This document shows, one piece after another, positions 9,238-17,936 of a stretch of DNA of 64,000 nucleotides. The stretch covers positions 347,382-411,381 of the forward strand of contig BOKZ01000001.1 in the NCBI GenBank assembly GCA_016861245.1, written 5' to 3'. Position 1 is the first letter of the stretch; each line of letters opens with the position of its first letter. The notes under the pieces were generated by a model. That model did no database searches and was not told the DNA's origin. It saw only the letters and a program-made list of their open reading frames with translations. A program made the position numbers and the translations under genes. Source of the stretch: Patescibacteria group bacterium (GTDB taxonomy: Bacteria; Patescibacteriota; UBA1384; 2-12-FULL-50-11).

Positions 9238-9309
9238 TGCCGAAGGTCAGAATCGAACTGACGACACCACGCTCTTCAGGCGCGTGCTCTACCACTGAGC
9301 TACTTCGGC
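9238..9309 (-). tRNA. tRNA-Phe(GAA)
   Basis: GCCGAAG...CTTCGGCA; arm CGCGC-CT GAA GA-GCGTG. Confidence 0.95.
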
Positions 9310-9348
9310 TAATTATACTTGAGTATTTTACCTAATTTTTAGGGTAAG

Positions 9349-9381
9349 AAAAAGGCGGCTGGAGCACTAGGCTCCACCGCC
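9349..9381 (-). terminator. Intrinsic terminator overlapping the MaoC stop
   Basis: GGCGGTGGAGC-CTAGT-GCTCCAGCCGCC-TTTTT. Confidence 0.65.
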
Positions 9382-9786
9382 GTTAAGGATTCCGTTGCCA
9401 GTCTTGGGTGGGATGATCGTAATACTGCCTTCGGCAACCAGCTTCTCGGTCTCTCCACACCACTTCGTCACTCTTACAGTGATCTCCTTCTCGCCAAACC
9501 GCGAACCAGCGACGTCAGAAGGGTGGCTGACAGCAATATTGAACTCATCACCAGCTTTTACTGGTCGGTGAATAGTAAGGCGCTCGATCGCCCGGGCAAC
9601 GGTGCCGTCGCCGTACGCCATCCACACGGCTGCCGAGATTTTTCCGATCAACAGTGCGCCGTGGGCGATCGCATCTGGTCCCTGATGAATTGGATTCCGA
9701 TCGCCGGACATTTCGGCGTACGCTTCGATATCCGACATGGTAATGGTCTGCGTGCAGACTATGCCTTCTTCGGTAATTGCTCCCAT
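9367..9786 (-). CDS. MaoC/hotdog-fold dehydratase
   Basis: YAEMSGDRNPIH...IAHGALL hydratase motif; SD AGGAGG. Confidence 0.85.
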   Translation of the reverse strand: MGAITEEGIVCTQTITMSDIEAYAEMSGDRNPIHQGPDAIAHGALLIGKISAAVWMAYGDGTVARAIERLTIHRPVKAGDEFNIAVSHPSDVAGSRFGEKEITVRVTKWCGETEKLVAEGSITIIPPKTGNGILNGGGA

Positions 9787-9865
9787 ATTTGTTGGTACAC
9801 CTCCTGGGTTGTTTGAGGAATTTACTCTATTATGAGCGATTTTTCAAGGGTTTGGGAGTCTTTTT

Positions 9866-10004
9866 TTGTGCCGGGAAGAGAGGAAAATCGCTCCGTTTTA
9901 CTACGCTCCTGCTCGCGAGCAAAGCTCGCTCGCAGTGAACCTCGGTTCAAGTCGCCGTTCTCAATACAATAAAACGCCGTCGCAAATGCGACGACGCTTC
10001 ATTG
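9866..10004 (-). repeat. tRNA-Leu(TAG) 3'-linked element
   Basis: 15-bp direct repeat TTGTGCCGGGAAGAG at 9866-9880 and 10002-10016; 9931-9955 (minus GCGACTTGAACCGAGGTTCACTGCG) nearly identical to 51131-51156. Confidence 0.85.
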
Positions 10005-10087
10005 TGCCGGGAAGAGGACTTGAACCTCCATGGGGTTGCCCCCGCTAGCTCCTAAAGCTAGTGCGTCTACCATTTCGCCATCCCGGC
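10005..10087 (-). tRNA. tRNA-Leu(TAG)
   Basis: GCCGGGA...TCCCGGCA; arm CTAGC-TT TAG GA-GCTAG. Confidence 0.95.
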
Positions 10088-10090
10088 GTA

Positions 10091-10136
10091 TGCCAGGATA
10101 AGAATTCGACCTTTCGGAAGATTTCGCCATCCCGGC
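10091..10136 (-). repeat. Duplicated 5' end of tRNA-Leu(TAG) closed by an inverted copy
   Basis: ATTTCGCCATCCCGGC at 10072-10087 and 10121-10136; GCCAGGAT at 10092-10099 pairs with it. Confidence 0.8.
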
Positions 10137-10209
10137 AAATTGACCTGTTAATTCTAACAAAGTTAGAGAAATTTTGATAGAATGCGCTCTGTCATTCGGA
10201 GAAAACCCC

Positions 10210-10410
10210 ATGATTCCTTTACTTATCGTCCAGCTCGTCGTCTTCGTTCTCGGAGTACTTCTGACGATCTTCGGTATCAAGGTTGCTACCGAGGAGAAGG
10301 GTTCGGTTACCGTGATCGGTGCGATGACTGCAGCGCTCGGTGTTTGTGCCAGTGTCGGCACTCTTATCTATTTCCTTTTTGGTACTCTGCCACAGCTTCT
10401 CTCCCCGTAA
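10210..10410 (+). CDS. Small 2-TM membrane protein
   Basis: Two hydrophobic helices; SD GGAG; followed by a terminator. Confidence 0.6.
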   Translation: MIPLLIVQLVVFVLGVLLTIFGIKVATEEKGSVTVIGAMTAALGVCASVGTLIYFLFGTLPQLLSP

Positions 10411-10422
10411 GGGGAGATTTTT
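10400..10422 (+). terminator. Intrinsic terminator
   Basis: TCTCCCC-GTAA-GGGGAGA-TTTTT. Confidence 0.65.
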
Positions 10423-10864
10423 ATAATGTGATTTTGTTCTTAAGTTTCTCGAACGTTTTCGGACCGATACCTTTAACTTGCTGAATATCTTCGAGCCGGA
10501 CAAACGGCCCATTTTTAGTGCGATAATCGATGATCGCCTTCGCGTAACTTGGCCCGATTCCTGGCAGTGTGTCTAGCTCACTAGCTGAAGCTGTGTTGAT
10601 ATTAACCGATCCCATTGGCGCTTCTTCAGTAGTTTGAGTAACAGCGTTATCAGGAGCAGCTTGCGGATCGCTAAGTGCTGATTGGAGTTGAGCGATAACT
10701 TCGTTTGGTGCCGGATCTACCTCTTCGCTCGGCAGTGGGGTCGTTGGGCTATTTGTTCGATACTGACTGCCGACGATAAAACCGGTGGCGGCGACAAGCA
10801 CTAAAAAGAGTACATTTGAGACGTTCGGCTCAAAATTTGTCTTAGATCGTCGACTGTTCCCCAT
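10421..10864 (-). CDS. comEA: Competence DNA receptor ComEA
   Basis: TM helix; VNINTASASELDTLPGIGP...VKGIGPKTFEKLK HhH motifs. Confidence 0.92.
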   Translation of the reverse strand: MGNSRRSKTNFEPNVSNVLFLVLVAATGFIVGSQYRTNSPTTPLPSEEVDPAPNEVIAQLQSALSDPQAAPDNAVTQTTEEAPMGSVNINTASASELDTLPGIGPSYAKAIIDYRTKNGPFVRLEDIQQVKGIGPKTFEKLKNKITL

Positions 10865-12821
10865 CGCTTTTTAGTTGCTTTTGAAGCAGCGGGTACATTT
10901 CCAGACTATCGTGCATAATTTTACGCGCCAGCGCAAATATTGTCTCAAGGAGCTCTTTATCGTTCCAAGAAGCGTACCTCAGCGCGATCTCCCCGCTTTG
11001 GCTAAAGCCCGTTAGCTCGCCTGGCCCACGGAGCTCTAGGTCGATCTCGGAAAGTTCTAAGCCGTTCGTAATTTGTGAGAACGCCAGTAGCCTTTTAGCT
11101 GAAGAATCGGTTGTGCCAGTATTGGCGACGTAACAAATTGATCCCTTTGCGCCGCGCCCGACTCGCCCACGAAGTTGGTGTAATGTACTTAATCCGAAGT
11201 GGTCGGCGTTCTCTATCAGTATCCAGGTTGCATCCGGATTATCAATTCCGATTTCGATGATGGTTGTTGCCACCAATATATCTATCTCGCTCTGCCGAAA
11301 CCGCTCGAGGGTCTTTGTATTTTTCGCGCTGTCGGCCTGGCCGTGGATCTCGCCGATCCGAGCACTCGGGAATACTTTAGCTAATCTTTTTACCTCGCTC
11401 TGGACTGACTTTTTATCGTCAAGCATTTGGTCAATTAACTCGGTCGTTTCGTTAATTCGTGGACAGACGACGTAGCCCGGCTCACGGTTTTCTAGTCGTT
11501 TGGCGATCTCTTTTTCGATTGTCGATCGTTGGTTCTCGGAAAAGATCTTTGTTACCACTGGCTTTTGATGTAGTGGCCGTTGCGATAGGTAAGTGATGTC
11601 TAGGTGTCTGAGTAATGTTTGGGCAAACGATCGTGGAATCGGTGTTGCGCTCATCATTAGAACGTCACAATTCGGATTGGTTTTTAATAGAAACTGTCGT
11701 TGGTCGACACCGAAACGGTGCTGCTCGTCGATAATTACCATGTCGAAACCGTAATGAGCTTTGAGTAGCGCGTGCGTTCCAACGATAATTGGTGCCTGTT
11801 TATTCTTACTTTCGGTCGAACTGCTCAGTCCAACTCGGTAATTAAACTGGTTAAGAACGGCTGACAATACTCGAAATTGCTGCTCCGCTAACGAGAGTGT
11901 TGGACAAAGCACTGCGACTCGTTTGCCGTTCTGGAGAAGCGCTGCTGCAACAATAGCCGCAACTGCAGTTTTTCCCGACCCGACTTCGCCATAAAGCAGC
12001 CGATTCATCGGGTACGGCTGTTGGAGGTCATTGAGGATTTCCCAGGCAGCTTTACGCTGACTATCGGTTAGCGCAAACGGCAGTTTTTGAACGAAGTTCT
12101 GTAAAAACGTTGTATCTATAGCTAAAGTTGGTCGACGTTTTGCGAGCCGTTCCAGTCGCGATCGCTCGGCTCGTAAGGCTAAGAGTAGTAATTCTTCAGC
12201 ACCGAGTAACTGTTGCGCGATCTGTAAGTCCTCCATCGCTTCTGGTCGGTGCGCGCGCAGCAAGGCTGATTTTCGGTTCGGTAGTTTTAACTGCTTCGAA
12301 ATCTTCGCCGGCAGTAGATCGGGGATATCATCGATCTCGTCTACAGCCCGATTAATAACACTTCGAATCGTCGCCTGGCTAATCCCGGCTGTTCGGCGGT
12401 ATATCGGGCAGATCTCGGGCTTTGCAATTATGCCTTTTACGATAAACGGGTTCTGGAGACTTGGGATTCTTTTGCGAACGCCGTAGAGCGTGATCTCGTC
12501 GTACTCTCGTAACGTTTTTAATAAGTAACGCTGGTTAAACCAAAGCGCGGTAGTTGTACCGCTTTTATCTTTAATCCTAGCTTGAATCATTAATACACCG
12601 CGCTTACTTTTTCGACTAGAAACACTGGTAACTGTGCCGATGATGACCGAGTCAATATCGAAATCGAGTTTAGCGATCGCGACGACGTTGGTTCTGTCTT
12701 CGTAGCGAAACGGCAAAAACTCCAAGGCGTCTTGGAGCGTTCTTATATTCAACCTCGCCAAGGCTGCCTTCGTTGAATACGCTCGCGATTTAACTAATCG
12801 CTCAATTGAGGCGCTTTCCAT
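10842..12821 (-). CDS. recG: ATP-dependent DNA helicase RecG
   Basis: PFRYEDR, GEVGSGKT, DEQHRFG, SATPIPR, LHQLRGRVGRG and DLELRGPGE motifs. Confidence 0.95.
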   Translation of the reverse strand: MESASIERLVKSRAYSTKAALARLNIRTLQDALEFLPFRYEDRTNVVAIAKLDFDIDSVIIGTVTSVSSRKSKRGVLMIQARIKDKSGTTTALWFNQRYLLKTLREYDEITLYGVRKRIPSLQNPFIVKGIIAKPEICPIYRRTAGISQATIRSVINRAVDEIDDIPDLLPAKISKQLKLPNRKSALLRAHRPEAMEDLQIAQQLLGAEELLLLALRAERSRLERLAKRRPTLAIDTTFLQNFVQKLPFALTDSQRKAAWEILNDLQQPYPMNRLLYGEVGSGKTAVAAIVAAALLQNGKRVAVLCPTLSLAEQQFRVLSAVLNQFNYRVGLSSSTESKNKQAPIIVGTHALLKAHYGFDMVIIDEQHRFGVDQRQFLLKTNPNCDVLMMSATPIPRSFAQTLLRHLDITYLSQRPLHQKPVVTKIFSENQRSTIEKEIAKRLENREPGYVVCPRINETTELIDQMLDDKKSVQSEVKRLAKVFPSARIGEIHGQADSAKNTKTLERFRQSEIDILVATTIIEIGIDNPDATWILIENADHFGLSTLHQLRGRVGRGAKGSICYVANTGTTDSSAKRLLAFSQITNGLELSEIDLELRGPGELTGFSQSGEIALRYASWNDKELLETIFALARKIMHDSLEMYPLLQKQLKSDGEQSTI

Positions 12822-12846
12822 CTGCTACACTGTAGTGTGAACAACC

Positions 12847-13011
12847 ATGACCGACAAGCGACACCGAAACCTAATCCTTTACGCCTTATTTATCTTTTCT
12901 GCTGTAACAGTTGTGGCGTATCTTGCCCTTAACGACCAAGTGCGGATACAAGCGTTATTTTCTGATCAGCCGAATCCGAAAATCGACGACGTAAAATTTA
13001 TTCTGAACTAA
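12847..13011 (+). CDS. Small single-TM protein (54 aa, not in ORF track)
   Basis: MTDKRHRNLILYALFIFSAVTVVAYLALNDQ...FILN*; fills the recG-GH94 gap; TACACT -10 upstream. Confidence 0.6.
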   Translation: MTDKRHRNLILYALFIFSAVTVVAYLALNDQVRIQALFSDQPNPKIDDVKFILN

Positions 13012-14999
13012 CCAAGCGTGACTTCAATAAAGTGATTACCGGTTTGGAACGGCCGAATGACGTTCCCTGTGATGTGGAGTCCATTCACACTGAGGCGACT
13101 GACTCCGCTAGTTGCCCTAAGCGGATTACTAACACGAATGTGGTAGTTGGCGCCTCGAAACTCTCTGCTAACTTCATACTGCCGCCACGATCGTGGGATG
13201 TGCGGATCGATCTTTAATCCTCCAATCGTCGGCTGGATGCCCAGAACGGTTTCGGTAATAACCGAAAGGAATTTGGCTGCAGCAGTGTTGTCCAAGTTGC
13301 TGTCCGCCTGTCCGCGTCGTTGGGCGCTAGCGAGAATAGAGCGCGGAAAGAGATACGGCTCGGCTTGATACTGCTCAGCAGATTTTGATCGGGTGGTTGG
13401 TAGGAAGTGCTCAAGCAGCTCCAGTGCGTCGTCGGCGTGATCGTGCATTGCTAACTGTTCAACACAGCTGACAACCGTTGTTAGTAAAATCTCATTTTCT
13501 GAGAGCGTGATAGTTTTTAATTCAGACCGTAAATTGTTAACGGCCGACTGCCGATGTTGCTTAGTGAGGGTGTGTGAAGCAAGAATAGGAAGCATCGTTG
13601 TTAGGTGTTGCTTTGGGTTTCTTGCCCATTGCCGGTTTATTCGTGAGCTTTGATCGTCAATGGCTCGTTCAATCTTACGAACAAACTGGTGTTCACCGAT
13701 CTGCATGAAGATTGGTAATACTTTCCGAAGCGCTGACACGGCTACGGATTTTTCGACCAATGCGGAACTATCGCTATTGAGGTTCTCAAGTAGTGAGTTA
13801 CAACTACGGGTTAGGTGCTCGGTGGTTGAACCTGAGCCGCTATCAAAAAATGACACATGTTCCGTGAGAAGCGAAAGATCTCCGGTTTCGGCCAGGTAGC
13901 TGCAAAGCGCTTCCAGGAGTTTGGATACGGTTGCGACTGATCCGTCCGGGATCGGTTCAGTAATTGAACGAATGAGCGATCCGTCTCGATACTGTTGTGA
14001 TAGGATTTCTACTAATTCTGTTTTTGTTTGTTCTGGTACGTGGGTCGATAACTGCGATAAACGATTTAGCCGTTCGCTAATTGCTGCGTATTCAGAAATA
14101 GGCGAGAGCGCCTGGAGCTTTGACCAGTGGTTAACGAGTAAATTCAAATCATGTTCGGGCGATTTAATTACGACTCGTTCCGGGAGCGGTTGAGCTGGAC
14201 TATGTAAACTTTTACCCCATTTTTTTGCTAAGCGTTTCGCTTGCGCAGTAGTGTCGACGATTGAAACTCCTAAAATAACTGCAAAATTAGTCTCAGTTCC
14301 TGCGCCGAGCGTAAAGTTCTTTTGCAGTACTGCAATACGATTGTCTCCTCCAAAACTCCTTGAACATTTACCATCGAGTAACGCTTTTGGTTTACTTAAA
14401 CTACCGTATCGGCCGACGAACTGATCCCAGTCGCAGTCGAAGCTATCAACTGCGTGGTCGAGTGTAAAAATTCGGGCAAGAAGATTGGTTTCGTTGTGAG
14501 TAGTCATGGCAACGATCGCGTTATCGTGAAATTGGCTGTCTTGAATTTCTTGTCCCCACTCTACTACTGCAAACACACTTAGTCGGCGTTTACGTTTATC
14601 GCTGTTGGAGAGCTGTACTTGCCAATGCTCGTAAGGTGAAGAATCATGAACGCTGAAGGCGATTTGTGATGAAATTTTATTTTTTTCGGCCGATATTGCT
14701 GTCATACCTAAGCGATGGGTGGCGCGGAACTGGTCAAGCTCGCTAACTACGGGATACCAGGTAGCCGACCAAAATTCTCCGGTGTCGTTATCGCGGATAT
14801 ATAAATATCTACCCGACTGCTGGCCAGCAACCGTTACGGGCCCTGTAAGGTTGTTTTGTGTAGAGAAGCCGATTCCGTTTTGGGCGATCACCAGCGAGTA
14901 GCTTGTGTTGTATAGCAAATTCCGCCACGGACGAGGTGTGTCGGGTTTATTAACGCTGTACTCATCGCCAGAAAGCGAAAATTCTCCGTGATTTGCTAT
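13008..14999 (-). CDS. Degenerate GH94 (cellobiose/chitobiose phosphorylase-like) protein, probable ATA start
   Basis: PDTPRPWRN, GRYLYIRDNDTGEFWS, FVGRYGSLSKP, YQAEPY and LKIDPHIP...REFRGANYHI motifs; DWND catalytic motif absent. Confidence 0.75.
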   Translation of the reverse strand: MANHGEFSLSGDEYSVNKPDTPRPWRNLLYNTSYSLVIAQNGIGFSTQNNLTGPVTVAGQQSGRYLYIRDNDTGEFWSATWYPVVSELDQFRATHRLGMTAISAEKNKISSQIAFSVHDSSPYEHWQVQLSNSDKRKRRLSVFAVVEWGQEIQDSQFHDNAIVAMTTHNETNLLARIFTLDHAVDSFDCDWDQFVGRYGSLSKPKALLDGKCSRSFGGDNRIAVLQKNFTLGAGTETNFAVILGVSIVDTTAQAKRLAKKWGKSLHSPAQPLPERVVIKSPEHDLNLLVNHWSKLQALSPISEYAAISERLNRLSQLSTHVPEQTKTELVEILSQQYRDGSLIRSITEPIPDGSVATVSKLLEALCSYLAETGDLSLLTEHVSFFDSGSGSTTEHLTRSCNSLLENLNSDSSALVEKSVAVSALRKVLPIFMQIGEHQFVRKIERAIDDQSSRINRQWARNPKQHLTTMLPILASHTLTKQHRQSAVNNLRSELKTITLSENEILLTTVVSCVEQLAMHDHADDALELLEHFLPTTRSKSAEQYQAEPYLFPRSILASAQRRGQADSNLDNTAAAKFLSVITETVLGIQPTIGGLKIDPHIPRSWRQYEVSREFRGANYHIRVSNPLRATSGVSRLSVNGLHITGNVIRPFQTGNHFIEVTLG

Positions 15000-15072
15000 A
15001 TTTTCCCTCCGAAATTATCGTAACTGATTTTCGATCTGACGTCACAAGCAAAAGTTGTGGCACAATAGATGT

Positions 15073-16053
15073 ATGCCGCAGCTTCGCCAGAATATTATTA
15101 CCGGCGAATGGGTAGTGATCGCGCCGGAGCGCTCGAAACGCCCTTCGGATTTTATTAGCGCCGAGGTTGTAAAACCCGAATCTGAAGTGAACGATCCGTT
15201 CTCGCTCGACGGCGTTCCTTATAGAAAAGAACGCCACAAAGAATACGACACAAAGCATATCTACGTTATCCCAAATAAGTATCCGGTTTTTCTTGAAGAT
15301 CCGTCGTCGTGTTCTCCGAGAACTTATCGACTAGAGAGCAATTTCTACGCCGCCCGACCGTCAACCGGCGGTCACGATGTAGTGATCGTTAAGGAAGCAG
15401 ACGACAGCATCTATACGTTCTCGATCGAACAATGGTACGAGCTTTTCTCGGTTTCAAAGCGTCGTTTCAAATATTGGCGTAAAGATTGTAACGCCGAGCA
15501 CACGATGCTCATTTATAACCACGGTCCGAAAGCGGGAGCCTCGATCGCACATCCGCACGCTCAAATTTTTGCAGCTAATATTATTCCGAATCAAATTGTT
15601 CGGGAGATGAACGGCGCTGAACAATATTTTAATAACAACGGTAAGAACGTATTTGAAGATTTAATTTTTCACGAGAAAAAAGAGAAGGATCGAATCATCG
15701 CCGAAAACGACGAGTTTATTGCCTTTACCTTTTACGCCGCTCGATTCCCGTTTGAGGTTTGGGTGTTGCCGAAAGAGCCGTCAGCCCATTTTGAAGACAC
15801 TCCGGAAACGTTTATCCATTCTCTAGGGCAAATAATGAAAGACGTTATGAGTCGCTACGCGCGAGTACTAAAACAGCCGGCGTTAAATTTTTTCCTTCAC
15901 GATTTACCAGATTCAGTTGAGGCTAGCGAATTTTTCCGCTGGCACATTGAGATTACGCCAAGGCTCGGTACATACGGCGGTTACGAGCTAGGCTCTGGAG
16001 TTGTTGTTGACGTAATGAGTCCAGAAAATGCCGCAGAATTTTTGAGAGGTTAA
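15073..16053 (+). CDS. galT: Galactose-1-phosphate uridylyltransferase family (HIT)
   Basis: WVVIAPERSKRP, IPNKYP, GASIAHPHAQ and WHIEITPR motifs. Confidence 0.9.
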   Translation: MPQLRQNIITGEWVVIAPERSKRPSDFISAEVVKPESEVNDPFSLDGVPYRKERHKEYDTKHIYVIPNKYPVFLEDPSSCSPRTYRLESNFYAARPSTGGHDVVIVKEADDSIYTFSIEQWYELFSVSKRRFKYWRKDCNAEHTMLIYNHGPKAGASIAHPHAQIFAANIIPNQIVREMNGAEQYFNNNGKNVFEDLIFHEKKEKDRIIAENDEFIAFTFYAARFPFEVWVLPKEPSAHFEDTPETFIHSLGQIMKDVMSRYARVLKQPALNFFLHDLPDSVEASEFFRWHIEITPRLGTYGGYELGSGVVVDVMSPENAAEFLRG

Positions 16054-17012
16054 TTCCGATGCGAGCGGCGGTAACTGCTCTCTGCCCATTTTTCGATCTC
16101 GCTGTATTTTATACTGGCAACGCCGACTGTCGAATCTGCCGCACCGTAGTATACGAGTAACTCGTCGCCGAGTTTCACTGCGCCGCACGAAAAAACAACG
16201 TTATTAACTTGTCCTTCTTTTTCGTAATCTTGTGACGGTGTGAGTATCGGCTCGTCGCTACGCGCTAGAACCTTCATCGGATCATGCGGATCAAGGAGCG
16301 CCAAACCAAGGTTGTATTTCTGATTTTCCCCGACGCCATGATATATCAACACCCAGCCGTACTGGGTTTTGATCGGCGGTGCGCCGGCACCGATTCGTTC
16401 ACTGTCCCAGCCGTCCTCGCTCGGACTTAATACTGGCCCACGTTCCATAAAGTTTGGTAGATGTTCGCTAACCGCGAGGCGCATATCAGGGATAACTCGG
16501 TGGAGTAGTAGCATTTTGCCGTGAAATTTCCCAGGAAACAGAACCCCGTCTTTACTGTCGATGTGCGAGACAACGACGCCGTGCCTGGTAAACGTTCGAA
16601 AATCGGAGGTGTGAGCGATACTAACCCGAACGCGCCACGGCGTCTCGCCTGTCTCACGGTGCTCGGATCCTTTCCCGGTTATCGACGGATACAATGAAGC
16701 CGAGGTGTAAACAATGTAATACGTTCCGTCGATTACGCTGATGCGCGGATCTTCTACCCCCAGCGTCTCGTACTCACTACTCTCGTCTGGGACGAAGACC
16801 GGCTCAGAGAGACGTTCAGCGATGTGATAACCGTCATCGGAAAATGCTAGTCCGAAACGCGAAATCATATCCTCACCTTGGGCCCGGTAGAGCAACGCGA
16901 CCCGACCGTTGTAAAGCGTTGCGCCGCAGTTATAAACAGCTTTGTTTTCCCATTTGTGGTGGGTCGGCATCAGTATTGGGTTGTTACGAAAGCGAGTTAA
17001 TTTTAATTCCAT
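16050..17012 (-). CDS. GH130 glycoside phosphorylase/hydrolase
   Basis: AVYNCGA, LLYRA, GVEDPR, SKDGVLFP, LIYHG, NVVFSCG and YYGAADS motifs. Confidence 0.92.
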   Translation of the reverse strand: MELKLTRFRNNPILMPTHHKWENKAVYNCGATLYNGRVALLYRAQGEDMISRFGLAFSDDGYHIAERLSEPVFVPDESSEYETLGVEDPRISVIDGTYYIVYTSASLYPSITGKGSEHRETGETPWRVRVSIAHTSDFRTFTRHGVVVSHIDSKDGVLFPGKFHGKMLLLHRVIPDMRLAVSEHLPNFMERGPVLSPSEDGWDSERIGAGAPPIKTQYGWVLIYHGVGENQKYNLGLALLDPHDPMKVLARSDEPILTPSQDYEKEGQVNNVVFSCGAVKLGDELLVYYGAADSTVGVASIKYSEIEKWAESSYRRSHRN

Positions 17013-17093
17013 ACTCAACTATTAGTTTAACAGTACCTTTAAGTCAAAGTATCTCCCTGGATTGTTCGAGTTACATCTGTTAAGATACGACGT

Positions 17094-17936
17094 ATGTCTA
17101 ACACTTTCTCTTCTACACCGTCGGAACTTTGGGACAGCGTTGCTAGTGAATACGACGAAGCGTCGTACGGCGGCAAAGACGGATTGTATCCGGCTAATAA
17201 ATACCGAAGCGAAATTTTACTAGATTTCTTTGAGACCGCTAAGAAAGGCACAGTACTTGATGCTGGTTGCGGGACTGGGCAGATGACCAGAGAATTACTA
17301 AAAAGAGGGTGGGACGTTACTTCGGTTGATTACTCAAAAGAGATGCTCGCAGTTGCCGAGCAAAAAACTAAAGCGATTGGACTAAACGGAATCTTTATTC
17401 ACTGTGACCTAAAAGAGCTCGCTAAGCTGGATCGGAAATTTGATTACATAATGCTGAACGGCGTTCTGCCGTATGTAGCTGTCGAGGAAGAACCACAAGT
17501 TTTTGAACAGCTAAGAGCCGTCTCACATGCCCAGACAGTTTTGCTTAGTGCGCACTATAACCTGTTTTTTAATTTATTATCTTTTGACAAATGGACAGTG
17601 TCAGCCATTGCCGACACATTTTTGTCTACATTATCTGCGGCTGAGCGCAACCTTGCTTCGGAAAAAATTACTTCCTGTATAAGTGACCCAAATAGTGCGC
17701 TCGATGATGAGAGAACAATGAAGATGGAAAGCCCAATTGCCTACCCAGAAAAGTTAAGAGGTTTTGGTTTTGCGCAACAAGATTTAGCTTATTACAATTT
17801 CTTTTATTTGCCTGGTAAATTCCAAGCAGAACAAAAACACGACATTAGAGAAAAACTTGAGTGTGAGTTACGACGTGATTGGCGAGCTGTACTACTTGCT
17901 CGCGGCTTCGTCTCGATCGCTAAGCGTAGCAGCTAG
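17094..17936 (+). CDS. Class I SAM-dependent methyltransferase
   Basis: VLDAGCGTG, VDYSKEML and FDYI motifs. Confidence 0.88.
   Translation: MSNTFSSTPSELWDSVASEYDEASYGGKDGLYPANKYRSEILLDFFETAKKGTVLDAGCGTGQMTRELLKRGWDVTSVDYSKEMLAVAEQKTKAIGLNGIFIHCDLKELAKLDRKFDYIMLNGVLPYVAVEEEPQVFEQLRAVSHAQTVLLSAHYNLFFNLLSFDKWTVSAIADTFLSTLSAAERNLASEKITSCISDPNSALDDERTMKMESPIAYPEKLRGFGFAQQDLAYYNFFYLPGKFQAEQKHDIREKLECELRRDWRAVLLARGFVSIAKRSS

Noticed and set aside
9866-10016. tRNA 3' repeats as attL/attR of an intact prophage or integrative element
   Set aside because: The repeats enclose only about 120 bp or less with no genes, so they are reported as mini-elements instead.
9999-10361. 120-aa minus ORF and the overlapping 9866..10048 ORF
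   Set aside because: They overlap tRNA-Leu(TAG), its repeats and a better-supported plus-strand membrane ORF.
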